Shown one piece after another: positions 16,838-25,561 of a stretch of 43,043 nt of DNA (within the stretch, counting starts at the first letter, position 1; each line of letters opens with the position of its first letter). The stretch is from a virus: the UHGV virus genome UHGV-1376855; one strand, written 5' to 3'. The position numbers and the translations under genes are program-made. Below the pieces are notes generated by a model that did no database searches, was not told the origin of the DNA, and worked only from the letters and a program-made list of their open reading frames with translations.

Positions 16838-17164
16838 TTAGACTGGTTCCCAGCTCACTCTGTAAAAATAGGTGATAATCTTACGGTATCCCATATCCTT
16901 CGCAATCCGGCAGCACGCCCCATATAACATACTACATGCGTTGTATGTGCCGTCTGTACATAGCCTGTTTATTTCACAGGTAAGGCCATCGTCCAGGTAT
17001 CGGCTTACTGGTCTGCCACATACAGCACAGCCAATAAGTTTCTCCCCCTCATACAGCCCAACGGAAAACTTATGTCCAACCGTAGCTTTATGATGGCGAT
17101 GAAAGCGGTTAATAAAGTCGCTGGCCTGCCGGAATGTTATTGGCTTGATTTCCGTATCAATCAC
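16838..17164 (-). CDS. hypothetical Cys-rich protein (unassigned)
   Basis: 108-aa track ORF with motifs GCAVCGRP and RLCTDG. Confidence 0.4.
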   Translation of the reverse strand: MIDTEIKPITFRQASDFINRFHRHHKATVGHKFSVGLYEGEKLIGCAVCGRPVSRYLDDGLTCEINRLCTDGTYNACSMLYGACCRIAKDMGYRKIITYFYRVSWEPV

Positions 17165-17197
17165 TCCCTTCCTACGGAAAATAACGATTGCTAATAT

Positions 17198-17344
17198 CTA
17201 TTCAGCATAGTAATAGCAATCCCCAGTGCATTCCTCACACCCTTCCGGGCATTCGTCTATGTCCAAAGGATTTCTTTTTTGTTCATCTGCCGTACAATGC
17301 GCCGTATCTGGTAGGCAGTATACTTCCACCCCATCTTGCATCAT
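17198..17344 (-). CDS. small Cys-rich protein
   Basis: ~48 aa from an internal Met; CPEGCEECTGDC. Confidence 0.3.
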   Translation of the reverse strand: MMQDGVEVYCLPDTAHCTADEQKRNPLDIDECPEGCEECTGDCYYYAE

Positions 17345-17351
17345 ATACAAC

Positions 17352-17585
17352 TTAAGCGCTCCCTTTCGATACCGGTGTCTGGAACCGGCATGGCATGTCC
17401 AAGTAGCACCGGGCCTCCGCCAACGGCGCACCCTCCACCACTATGAGCGGACACCATTCTGGCCTTCCACGAAACACATCTGGTATGTCTTTGTGTTCTT
17501 TAGCCTTACGCTGCTTATCAATGGAGCAGCACGGGCAATCATAGCAGCTATCTGGCATATTTTTTATTTCTAACATTGCCCTCAT
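17352..17585 (-). CDS. small Cys-rich protein
   Basis: 77 aa; CYDCPCCS...CPL...C. Confidence 0.35.
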   Translation of the reverse strand: MRAMLEIKNMPDSCYDCPCCSIDKQRKAKEHKDIPDVFRGRPEWCPLIVVEGAPLAEARCYLDMPCRFQTPVSKGSA

Positions 17586-18223
17586 ATCTCTTCCTCCTCC
17601 GGCTTCCTACACCGCTCAAATTCTATCACCCATACCCAGGGATTATTATTCCAGCCATATGTACCAATGTCAGATTTTTTAATGGTGGAATCCCACAATC
17701 GCATGAATGCGGCTTTGTGCGCCATCCCGCTATTATCCGTCTCTACGGTAATGCCCTCTTTTTTAGCATCCCTATTAGTCAGATTATGCAGCCGCTCCGC
17801 TCGCACATCCGTCACCTTCAGCCAGATGCGGGCAGCCTCCTTTGGCATGTGGATGGATGGGTGCCAATCTGGACCAGTTTCCGCCATAGACTCATATATT
17901 TTTTCAAATTTCTCATTCGGAAGTGTCACACATATGCCGTTTTCCTGTTCATTTCCTGCCCTATAGATAATGAACACCTTTTTATCATCGTAATCGAGGT
18001 TTGCTATTCCCCAAGTTTCCCGGACATACAGGATATCTCCCAGTCTATAATAGGGTTCTTTTACTCTAAGCCCCGTTTTTTTGTCGAATAAACCAGGACC
18101 AAGACCGCACAAACCTGCATACATTGAGTCGTCTGTATCCTTAATTACTCTCCGCGTGACCGTCTTACGCCCTTCCAGGATTGCCCGAACCATATCGCCG
18201 TTAAATAATATCGGTCTTACCAT
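17582..18223 (-). CDS. ASCH-domain-like protein
   Basis: N-terminus PILFNGDMVRAILEGRKTVTRR carries the GxKxxExR-like ASCH signature. Confidence 0.5.
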   Translation of the reverse strand: MVRPILFNGDMVRAILEGRKTVTRRVIKDTDDSMYAGLCGLGPGLFDKKTGLRVKEPYYRLGDILYVRETWGIANLDYDDKKVFIIYRAGNEQENGICVTLPNEKFEKIYESMAETGPDWHPSIHMPKEAARIWLKVTDVRAERLHNLTNRDAKKEGITVETDNSGMAHKAAFMRLWDSTIKKSDIGTYGWNNNPWVWVIEFERCRKPEEEEI

Positions 18224-18240
18224 GACCTGCTCCTTCCTCG

Positions 18241-18432
18241 CTAAATGTGCGCTAAAGAATCAATGGCCTCCATAGCCTCTCGCAGGCTATCAAACACCAT
18301 ACCGTCATACAAGATATCATTAATCCTGTACCCAAATTCATCACCATTGGATGTGTCGGCAATCCTCAATGCGCATATATCCATACCTTTGTATTCCATA
18401 ATTTTTGCGTATCTATCATTCAGATGCTTCAT
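18241..18432 (-). CDS. hypothetical protein
   Basis: 63-aa track ORF. Confidence 0.3.
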   Translation of the reverse strand: MKHLNDRYAKIMEYKGMDICALRIADTSNGDEFGYRINDILYDGMVFDSLREAMEAIDSLAHI

Positions 18433-18445
18433 TTCCCTTCCTCCT

Positions 18446-18769
18446 CTAAATACGTGCTCTCTTTAAAATTCCTTCTGGCGAATCGTCAAATGGTTCCTGA
18501 TTTGGTTTCCACTGCACACCCTTACTCTCTGCCAATTTATCCAACATCTGAAATCGCTTCTGTGACTTCTCCCGAGCCGCATCGACCTCTTTTTGCTCTA
18601 TCTCGTTTGATATCATCAACAGTTTATAAAGAGCATCCCGGAAGCGTTCAGGGTAAACAACTCGTTCGCTCCTTAATATGCGGTTAAGGCCCTGCTGTGT
18701 ATATCCAATCATCTTACACAAGTCCGATACGCTCATATTAAATGTGTGTGCCAGCTCTTTCAATTTCAT
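18446..18769 (-). CDS. HTH DNA-binding protein
   Basis: 107 aa; HTH-like segment SVSDLCKMIGYTQQGLNRIL. Confidence 0.45.
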   Translation of the reverse strand: MKLKELAHTFNMSVSDLCKMIGYTQQGLNRILRSERVVYPERFRDALYKLLMISNEIEQKEVDAAREKSQKRFQMLDKLAESKGVQWKPNQEPFDDSPEGILKRARI

Positions 18770-18816
18770 GGATTAATCCTTTCTATAATCTCGCTTTTAC
18801 CGAAATTATTAATCAA

Positions 18817-19605
18817 CTAAATACGTGTCTTAGCGACCATGCTTTGATGTTCCACCAACAATTCTCCCACAGCCTTTGCAAACTCCCGTTTAAGAACAGG
18901 CATGTTGTCAATCAGTTCGCCGTTGAATACTTTACGCTTAATCCCGGTCCGCTTCCTAAACTCTGCCTCATACTCCTCCAGTTTTACTCCATGTTTCTTC
19001 ATCCTGGATTTCACAACGTTATATGTAGCACATCCAAAGTTTGTTGTGTCGCCTCTGGCTTCAATAAGCGGCTGAATAATTTCCCGTCGTGTCTTACCCT
19101 GCTCCACTTCGGCTGCCATCCGTCGCCGTTCCATTTCTTTGTGGCTGTCCTCCTCCAAATTGAAAAGTATAGGCTCAAATATAGACCTCAGCTTTTCATC
19201 CTCTGAGATAACCTCCAGGCAGGAGGCCCGTTCGGACCCTGTAGCGTATTTATAATCCTTAATGGCCTGCTCAGATACAAAACCATATACATCACGCATC
19301 TTTCTGTAAATGCGCGTCAGTACATTGTTAAAATCAGAATAAAGTTCTGGGTAGCTCTTTACCAACTTGTCTACCCTTCGGCGCATTTCAATCTTCCAGG
19401 CATACGCCTCAGACACTTGTGGTTTCTCATCTGCATTCTGCTTACCGCCTACATCCTCCAGCAGCCGTATAATCCTCTCCTGGTCGTTCTGTACTACTCG
19501 GAATTTTGCTTCCAGTACAGTAATGATGTCAGACCTTAATGTGGCTAACTGCTGCTCCACGTATGTTCTATCTACAAACAGTGCACTGGGTTTTCCCATA
19601 ATCAA
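18817..19605 (-). CDS. hypothetical protein, possibly antirepressor-like (ORF6C-like C-terminus)
   Basis: 262-aa ORF downstream of the dnaC-like gene; tentative C-terminal similarity. Confidence 0.4.
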   Translation of the reverse strand: MIMGKPSALFVDRTYVEQQLATLRSDIITVLEAKFRVVQNDQERIIRLLEDVGGKQNADEKPQVSEAYAWKIEMRRRVDKLVKSYPELYSDFNNVLTRIYRKMRDVYGFVSEQAIKDYKYATGSERASCLEVISEDEKLRSIFEPILFNLEEDSHKEMERRRMAAEVEQGKTRREIIQPLIEARGDTTNFGCATYNVVKSRMKKHGVKLEEYEAEFRKRTGIKRKVFNGELIDNMPVLKREFAKAVGELLVEHQSMVAKTRI

Positions 19606-20430
19606 TCATCTCCCTCTTATTCCTTCTATGAGCGCTTTCCGGTTCTGCTCTGCTATCAGTTCCCTGACGGATTCTTCCGGGAATGGCAGTTGGAAGGTAC
19701 GTTCCTTGATTCTATTGGTTATCCTGTCATCATATCGCAAGTCCTGCAGGCTTAAATTGCTGGTGTACATTGTTATCAGCTTGTCCTGGTACCGGCCATT
19801 GATGATGCTGTAAAACCGTTCTCCTATCCAATCCTTTGGAAGCTCCGTTCCGAAATCATCTATCACTAATACCTGGACAGTGGATAACGCTCTTAGCAAG
19901 TCACTCTCGCTTCTGTCCTTATCATCCCATATAGCCTTAATCTCGTTGATAATCTGCATAGAGCCGGCAAACTTAACCTGCATCCTGTATGTACTGACCA
20001 TCTCGTTTGCTATGCTTGCGGCCATCCGTGTCTTTCCCGACCCTTTAGTCCAGGAATACAAGTACAGTCCCATCCCGTCCTTCCGCATCCTTTCCAGGTT
20101 GTCCAGATAGTATTTAATTGCTGCTCCGGTGTTCCTGATTATCTTCTGGCTCTCATTCTTCCGGTATACCCCAAGGTCAAAGGAGCGTATGTCCAGGTTT
20201 TTAAATGCTTCTGGTATGTTCGCAAATTCAAGCTTTCTGTCTGCTATCTGTCGTTCTACCAGCCCGCAATCGCATCGGTATCCGCTTTCCCGGCCTTCGT
20301 CATCAAACCAGTATATCCAGCCAGTGCCGTGGCATATGGGGCAGACATCAGAATCCGGTAAATCCTTCTCCGGCTCCTTCGAGGTAGTCGTCGCTATATG
20401 TTTGCGTTCCTCCTGTATTCTGCTGACCAT
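19606..20430 (-). CDS. DnaC/IstB-like AAA+ helicase loader
   Basis: Walker A GSGKTRMA; zinc-binding CPICHGTGW N-terminus; start taken at the internal MVSRIQ Met because the longer track ORF overlaps the upstream gene. Confidence 0.75.
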   Translation of the reverse strand: MVSRIQEERKHIATTTSKEPEKDLPDSDVCPICHGTGWIYWFDDEGRESGYRCDCGLVERQIADRKLEFANIPEAFKNLDIRSFDLGVYRKNESQKIIRNTGAAIKYYLDNLERMRKDGMGLYLYSWTKGSGKTRMAASIANEMVSTYRMQVKFAGSMQIINEIKAIWDDKDRSESDLLRALSTVQVLVIDDFGTELPKDWIGERFYSIINGRYQDKLITMYTSNLSLQDLRYDDRITNRIKERTFQLPFPEESVRELIAEQNRKALIEGIRGR

Positions 20431-21154
20431 CTCCTGTAACGGGTCCACTGCCTCCACCTCCTGTATAATTAGAATCCAGATAATCCACATATCCACTATT
20501 AAAAAATGTACTTCCGTTCTGCGGCTTCCTCCAGGATGCATCCCGCTTAAGGTCATCCTTGTATCTTTCAATACACCTCTTAAGCTCATCCTCACCCACT
20601 TTCAGGAGCTTCTGCTTCTGGGTATCGGATACCTGTCCCTTCCCCTTCTTGTGTGGGTACAGCTTCCACAAGGTTTCAAACAAGGCAGATGCCTGCTGCT
20701 TCCTGTCGCCGGATGCACTATATATATTATCTTCTTTCTTTATTTCCTTCTTTCTTTCTTCTATTGTTGTCGTTCGTTTGTCGTTAGAATGTCGCTCGCC
20801 TGTCGCCTGGGTGTCGTCTTGCCTGTCGTCCGACTGGTACAAGTCATAGTTTGTTATTGTAAATACGCTATATTTGTTTGTCGCCTTGCTTGTCACTTCG
20901 CCTGTCGTTTTTAGATGGGAAATTCCTGTCCTAATCTCCCTTTCCGTAAGCCCTGTTTCGGATGCAAGGTTTTTGATGGATGATACAAAAGAGCCACGCG
21001 GGATAGTTGTACCCATAAATTTTCCATCCTTCCAGTTGGCCTTCAAGAGCATATGGATGAATAAAACCTTCGTGTTTATGTCCTGATACCATTCCCAGTC
21101 CAGGAACTTGCGGTAAAGCTTAATATGTCCATCCATCCTATCACCTGCTATCAA
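20348..21154 (-). CDS. phage replisome organizer (DnaD-like N-terminal domain)
   Basis: IKLYRKFLDWEWYQD signature; iteron array inside the gene. Confidence 0.7.
   Translation of the reverse strand: MIAGDRMDGHIKLYRKFLDWEWYQDINTKVLFIHMLLKANWKDGKFMGTTIPRGSFVSSIKNLASETGLTEREIRTGISHLKTTGEVTSKATNKYSVFTITNYDLYQSDDRQDDTQATGERHSNDKRTTTIEERKKEIKKEDNIYSASGDRKQQASALFETLWKLYPHKKGKGQVSDTQKQKLLKVGEDELKRCIERYKDDLKRDASWRKPQNGSTFFNSGYVDYLDSNYTGGGGSGPVTGDGQQNTGGTQTYSDDYLEGAGEGFTGF
20768..20907. repeat. iteron array: ~9 copies of (C/T)TGTCG(C/T) spaced at 11-12 bp with an adjacent AT-rich tract (putative phage ori)
   Basis: TGTCG at ~20768, 20779, 20790, 20801, 20812, 20824, 20879, 20891 (variant TGTCA) and 20903; helical phasing. 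Confidence 0.55.
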
Positions 21155-21503
21155 TGTCTCGACCGGCTTCCCACTCCTTATACAATGCTATCCAATCCTC
21201 CAGGCGCATTGTAACCAGCCATGTGCCACGATTACGGCGGTGAAACACAGCTGGGTATATTTCCTCACCAAACGGTAATATCTCCGCCCCAGTGTCGTCT
21301 ACAGCCTGCCTCATGGCATCCTCGATGTTAAGGCGCTCAACTCTTTTGCACTCAATATGTATGCCTGGAAGGCCCACCACATCCGCATCCCCGTTGGAGC
21401 CACAGTACTGTTGCCCCCTACGGCAGCTATATCCATGGTCCTTAAGGAGATTGGCAAGTTCCCGTTCACCACGCTTTCCTTTTTCACGCTGTGCTTTCCC
21501 CAT
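21141..21503 (-). CDS. PD-(D/E)XK Holliday-junction-resolvase-like nuclease
   Basis: GKRGERELANLLKDHGY...DADVV...IHIECK matches the resolvase/PDDEXK pattern. Confidence 0.5.
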   Translation of the reverse strand: MGKAQREKGKRGERELANLLKDHGYSCRRGQQYCGSNGDADVVGLPGIHIECKRVERLNIEDAMRQAVDDTGAEILPFGEEIYPAVFHRRNRGTWLVTMRLEDWIALYKEWEAGRDIDSR

Positions 21504-21956
21504 CTACATGCCTCCCGTCCCGAACATACTTATCTGGCCTGGGATACCCTTGCTCCTTACCCCGCTCACGAACCTCCTAGCGCCCTTTGTAGCCGCCTTC
21601 ATGGACTGTATCCTCCTGTCCTGCCTTGCAATCCAGGCAGCGGCTTCATGGCGCCCCTGGAGCGTTGAATCAGGTATGTAATATCCGTCACCATTGTCCA
21701 GGTTAATGATAACCTTACTGTATCTCATGGCCTCTATCGCCTCACGGATACGTCTATCCTTATATCCAGTTATCCGGCTGAGTTCCGCCCTACTTATGGC
21801 ATTCTGTTTACCTACGCCCAGGGCATTGTATACAGCGCATTGGATAACATCAGAATTTTTTGTGTATCTCAATTCAATCCCTCCTTTCGGGCCGGGTAAA
21901 GGAGGTTTGATAGGTCCCGGCCCAGGGTCAGAAAGTATATCGTGACATATTAGCAA
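21504..21956 (-). CDS. winged-helix DNA-binding protein
   Basis: AISRAELSRITGYKDRRIREAIEAM...GYYIP; start uncertain. Confidence 0.4.
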   Translation of the reverse strand: MLICHDILSDPGPGPIKPPLPGPKGGIELRYTKNSDVIQCAVYNALGVGKQNAISRAELSRITGYKDRRIREAIEAMRYSKVIINLDNGDGYYIPDSTLQGRHEAAAWIARQDRRIQSMKAATKGARRFVSGVRSKGIPGQISMFGTGGM

Positions 21957-22017
21957 TCTGACCAGTACTAATTTCTGTTGTATGTATCAGCCTATTGGCA
22001 TTGATACTGATTTCAGT

Positions 22018-22503
22018 TTACTTTTTCAAAGATTCTTCGTATTCCTCGATGACCTTAAAAAATTCGCTTGCCTTTAACTCTTTAAATCCTGCTGGGTTGT
22101 CAAAATCACAATATGCTTTAAAACTTGCATACAATACATTGTTTATCATAAACAGTCTGCTGCTTGTCCGACCAAATACCCTAAATTCAAATGATAAAAT
22201 AGGTTTGTGCGGTGATTTCAACCCTAGCGCCTTGCATTTATTAACCCATGCTTTTGCAGGTAAAGAATTTTTCTTAAACAAGCCCGGTGTATCCTTCTTA
22301 AAATACTTTCCAAACTTATCAATATCACCATCCGTTGGACAAATGTACAACCTCTCTGCCGATTGATAATATTCATGAGTTTCAAAACCTTGCTCCTTTG
22401 CGAACTCCACAAACGCAGTATTTACCTTTTCTGACATGGCCTTATAATCTATGTACTCTTTATAAATTGGACTGTCAGTCGTTACTATGTAATACTTTTC
22501 CAT
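22018..22503 (-). CDS. hypothetical protein
   Basis: 161-aa track ORF. Confidence 0.4.
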   Translation of the reverse strand: MEKYYIVTTDSPIYKEYIDYKAMSEKVNTAFVEFAKEQGFETHEYYQSAERLYICPTDGDIDKFGKYFKKDTPGLFKKNSLPAKAWVNKCKALGLKSPHKPILSFEFRVFGRTSSRLFMINNVLYASFKAYCDFDNPAGFKELKASEFFKVIEEYEESLKK

Positions 22504-23133
22504 CTAATTCTCCTCAAACTTGATACCATATACCTTATATTTGCTCTCAAACTCTGTCATCCCTATGTTATGTGCTTCTGTATGGTGCTGCCGGCATAGA
22601 CATATTTTGCGATAACCCGAATCATCAACTTTTCTTCGGTCATTCCCCATTCCGATTGTGTCTACATGGTGTATTTCGCCCTCTCGACCGCATATAGCAC
22701 ACTTCCTAAGCTTTAAACATGCATACAGGTAATGTCCTATATCATCGGTACGATTAAGGGCAAAATCCAGCAGCGGTATTCCCTGTTCCAGCGCATAATC
22801 CAGCATGGTATTAATAAATTCCCTGGCAGTATCCATGGAACAATCGGACAGGGAAAAATATCCGCATCCGGTCCGGTTGATATGTAAATACTTAAGCCAT
22901 TCTTTCTCAACCTCCGGCACATTCCCGGAATAAGCCGATATGTCATTGACTGTGGCATAAATCTTTCGGCGCTGGTCTGAACTGATGTGTCTGCCATCGT
23001 CAAACCATATGCTGCAACTATTCATGTGCTTCTCAATAATCGGTTCCATGAGATTCTTCCCAGGAATAAATATCTGCAAATATGTTCCCTCAGGAACCAG
23101 CTTGTATGCTGTTATATCCGCTGACTCATGCAT
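22504..23133 (-). CDS. HNH-endonuclease-domain protein (DUF968/NinG-like)
   Basis: CAICGREGEIHHVD...GMGNDRR...CLCRQHHTEAH. Confidence 0.5.
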   Translation of the reverse strand: MHESADITAYKLVPEGTYLQIFIPGKNLMEPIIEKHMNSCSIWFDDGRHISSDQRRKIYATVNDISAYSGNVPEVEKEWLKYLHINRTGCGYFSLSDCSMDTAREFINTMLDYALEQGIPLLDFALNRTDDIGHYLYACLKLRKCAICGREGEIHHVDTIGMGNDRRKVDDSGYRKICLCRQHHTEAHNIGMTEFESKYKVYGIKFEEN

Positions 23134-23145
23134 ATAATCACCTCT

Positions 23146-23808
23146 TTAATTCCATGGAAGTCCACTATCCTGCATATCACTCGGAGGTTGTGTTGCTGAC
23201 TCTTTATCTGGATTCCTTTTCAGCTTCTTTATTGTTTCATTCGCCTGAGAACTGGTCATATCATGGATATCAGTCAATCCATACTTCGATAGCACATTTT
23301 TAATTCCTATTCCTGTCCGTTTCAATTCCAAGAATATTTCATTGATATCGGATTCAGTAATCAAATCAGGATTATTCTGCTTGTTGTATTTAGTCCGGTC
23401 TGAATCCCAATAAACATCAGCGCCAATCCCAAGCTGCTTGCACGCTACCGATATAGCATCTGTGGTTGCCATCTTATAGCATTCGTCCGAAACGTATATG
23501 CCGGATTTCTCTTTTGATGCAAACATGCTACCGCCGTTTCCGGGAATTGGTTTAGACCACTCTCCATCAACCTTTATGTATAATTCGATATCTACAAAAG
23601 CTGCTATCTCATTGCCCGATGCTTCTAACCACTTTCGTGTAGGTATGTAGTACCACCCTATCCCACATGGACCGAACTGCTCAGTAAGGATTTTTATGCG
23701 CCACATAGGGTTGATATCGGTCATACCGCTGGTACGGCCTCCCTTAATGGTTTTCTTGGCGCTATCTGGGACAGAACGAACCTTTTCGTATAAATCAAGA
23801 TTCTTCAT
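23146..23808 (-). CDS. single-strand annealing protein, Rad52/Sak-like
   Basis: GGRTSGMTDINP...FGPCGIGW...YVSDECYKMATTDAISVACKQLGIGADVYW. Confidence 0.6.
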   Translation of the reverse strand: MKNLDLYEKVRSVPDSAKKTIKGGRTSGMTDINPMWRIKILTEQFGPCGIGWYYIPTRKWLEASGNEIAAFVDIELYIKVDGEWSKPIPGNGGSMFASKEKSGIYVSDECYKMATTDAISVACKQLGIGADVYWDSDRTKYNKQNNPDLITESDINEIFLELKRTGIGIKNVLSKYGLTDIHDMTSSQANETIKKLKRNPDKESATQPPSDMQDSGLPWN

Positions 23809-23956
23809 CTTTGTTCTCCTTCATCAGCGTACCAATAATATAGTTAATAGCCATTTCCAGTTCCACCCTAACATTTTTTATTGTACAAAGGCTTTTTCTG
23901 TAGTTGAGATAAGATACCATTGCAGTACCATCAATCATCTTGTTTTCCAGATTCAT
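23795..23956 (-). CDS. small hypothetical protein (~53 aa)
   Basis: RBS AAGGAG 9 nt before ATG; below the track cutoff; coordinates approximate. Confidence 0.3.
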   Translation of the reverse strand: MNLENKMIDGTAMVSYLNYRKSLCTIKNVRVELEMAINYIIGTLMKENKDEES

Positions 23957-24080
23957 GTTTTATAATCTCCTTATAATGCTGTTTATGATGTTCTCTGTCC
24001 TTCTCCCTACATTTGTCACATTCTTTCCATTGTTCAGGGTCAAGGAAACATCCGCAAGAATCACAACAGTAACTATACAT
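23931..24080 (-). CDS. small Cys-rich protein (~49 aa)
   Basis: MYSYCCDSCGC...CDKC; below the track cutoff; coordinates approximate. Confidence 0.3.
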   Translation of the reverse strand: MYSYCCDSCGCFLDPEQWKECDKCREKDREHHKQHYKEIIKHESGKQDD

Positions 24081-24267
24081 CCTTTTCGTTCTCTATATTG
24101 TCATATGTTCTTCCCTCTAAAATTGACCTCATTACAACTTTTGATGCATACTGGTCTGAATCCATAAAAATTAATGCTGAATTTACGCGACCTTTAAGCT
24201 CTACAAGATTTTTATACTCGCTAATACTTATTTCAACTGTTCTTTCTTCCATCTTGCAAACCTCCAT
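24073..24267 (-). CDS. hypothetical protein
   Basis: 64-aa track ORF. Confidence 0.3.
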   Translation of the reverse strand: MEVCKMEERTVEISISEYKNLVELKGRVNSALIFMDSDQYASKVVMRSILEGRTYDNIENEKDV

Positions 24268-24439
24268 AATCTCTGATATAATCAGACTGAGTTATTTTTT
24301 GTATCCGGTCGTTTAGCTCTGTCAAGCTGACGACCTTTTTTATTGGCTTACCATATCCGGTGTACCGGCTGGCATTTACCATTTTCCCTGCCCGGTTGGT
24401 TCCGTTCCTCCTGCGACTCACAGCATCACCGCCAGACAT
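24233..24439 (-). CDS. hypothetical basic protein
   Basis: 68-aa track ORF. Confidence 0.25.
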   Translation of the reverse strand: MSGGDAVSRRRNGTNRAGKMVNASRYTGYGKPIKKVVSLTELNDRIQKITQSDYIRDYGGLQDGRKNS

Positions 24440-24544
24440 ATCAGTAACATCCCGCTTAATACCATCACCGCGGCGGTCAGCCCACGGATAATCATACGGT
24501 CCTTCTGCCGCTGTGTCAGATGTGTCCTGCCAACAGGCATGTAT

Positions 24545-24772
24545 TCAAGCTGTTTCAACAAATTTCATCTCCTTCCCGGTCAATTGCAGAAGTATCTGTA
24601 ATTTTTCTATTGTCAGTTTTTCAGGGTTGGCTTTACGCTCTCTAAACGAGCTTGTACAAAAACCCAAATACAAGGCCAGCTCATTATCATCAAAGTTATT
24701 TCTTATTTTGGCTTCTTCTATCAGTAGCCGGATGTTGTCCTTTTGCCATTCTGAAGGTTTCTTAGATTTCAC
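24545..24772 (-). CDS. HTH-like small regulator
   Basis: 75-aa track ORF; HTH-like segment NNFDDNELALYLGFCTSSF. Confidence 0.4.
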   Translation of the reverse strand: MKSKKPSEWQKDNIRLLIEEAKIRNNFDDNELALYLGFCTSSFRERKANPEKLTIEKLQILLQLTGKEMKFVETA

Positions 24773-24790
24773 GACCTCACTTCCTTTCGT

Positions 24791-25003
24791 TTATACATTC
24801 CAGGATAAATTATCTTCTACTATCTCTTTTACATCCACACCAAGAGCATTTGCCATGCGTCCGGCACACACAGGTGTAACTTCCCGCATATTTAAAATAA
24901 CATTCATACGCGCTCGACTCACGCCATACCGTTTGGAAAGATTTGTTATAGTCAAAGAATTTCTAGCCAAAGCAATATCAATTTTATCTCTACTAAGTTT
25001 CAT
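24791..25003 (-). CDS. HTH XRE-like DNA-binding protein
   Basis: TITNLSKRYGVSRARMNVILNMREVTPVCAGRMANALGV. Confidence 0.5.
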   Translation of the reverse strand: MKLSRDKIDIALARNSLTITNLSKRYGVSRARMNVILNMREVTPVCAGRMANALGVDVKEIVEDNLSWNV

Positions 25004-25019
25004 CTCTTACTACCTCCTA

Positions 25020-25118
25020 TCAAATTTTAAAATACTGGTAAAGCGCTATTGCTATAATTATTAGTATCTCTGTAAAAACAGTGCAAACAACTCCTGCTAA
25101 AAATGGATTGATGTACAT
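25020..25118 (-). CDS. 32-aa hydrophobic peptide
   Basis: strong RBS GAAGGAGATAAACG before ATG; single TM-like segment; coordinates approximate. Confidence 0.2.
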   Translation of the reverse strand: MYINPFLAGVVCTVFTEILIIIAIALYQYFKI

Positions 25119-25167
25119 CGTTTATCTCCTTCTCTTTCTCTTAATTCCCCGGCTCTTGCCGTTCTTC

Positions 25168-25434
25168 TTAATCCTGGCTTTCTGTCCCATTCTCTAAGTC
25201 TCCTTGTGTTCCTGTGTTGATGTTGTTCAGTCCGGTGCCATCCTGGGAAACATAGTCATATGTACCCGCGGTATAAAGCCATGCAGCATTGGTGCCTATC
25301 AGCGCCGCCAGTGTTACCAAGAACGCTATAAACCAATGCTTTGCATTCCTCTTGCTCTGCTCGATTACCTCTACAGCAAAATACTGCTCCAGCCCTTCCC
25401 ATGTTGGCTTGTCCTTCTGGTTTTCAATGTTCAT
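25168..25434 (-). CDS. single-TM membrane protein
   Basis: 88 aa; WFIAFLVTLAALIGTNAAWLY. Confidence 0.4.
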   Translation of the reverse strand: MNIENQKDKPTWEGLEQYFAVEVIEQSKRNAKHWFIAFLVTLAALIGTNAAWLYTAGTYDYVSQDGTGLNNINTGTQGDLENGTESQD

Positions 25435-25561
25435 AATTTTTTTCCTCCTGTGCTTGCGTAATACAGGAGAAAATGGTAAAATATTCCTGTATCCGCATTA
25501 GTCGTGTTAATGTGGTTACGGCTCCGGTTGGTGTGTCAGCACCGCCGGGGCATTTTAAAAT

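Noticed and set aside
20129-20914. 261-aa plus-strand ORF
   Set aside because: Antisense to the dnaC-like and replisome-organizer genes; Cys/Ser-rich nonsense composition; no start context.
24513-25064. 183-aa plus-strand ORF
   Set aside because: Overlaps two minus-strand HTH genes that have good RBSs; no start context.
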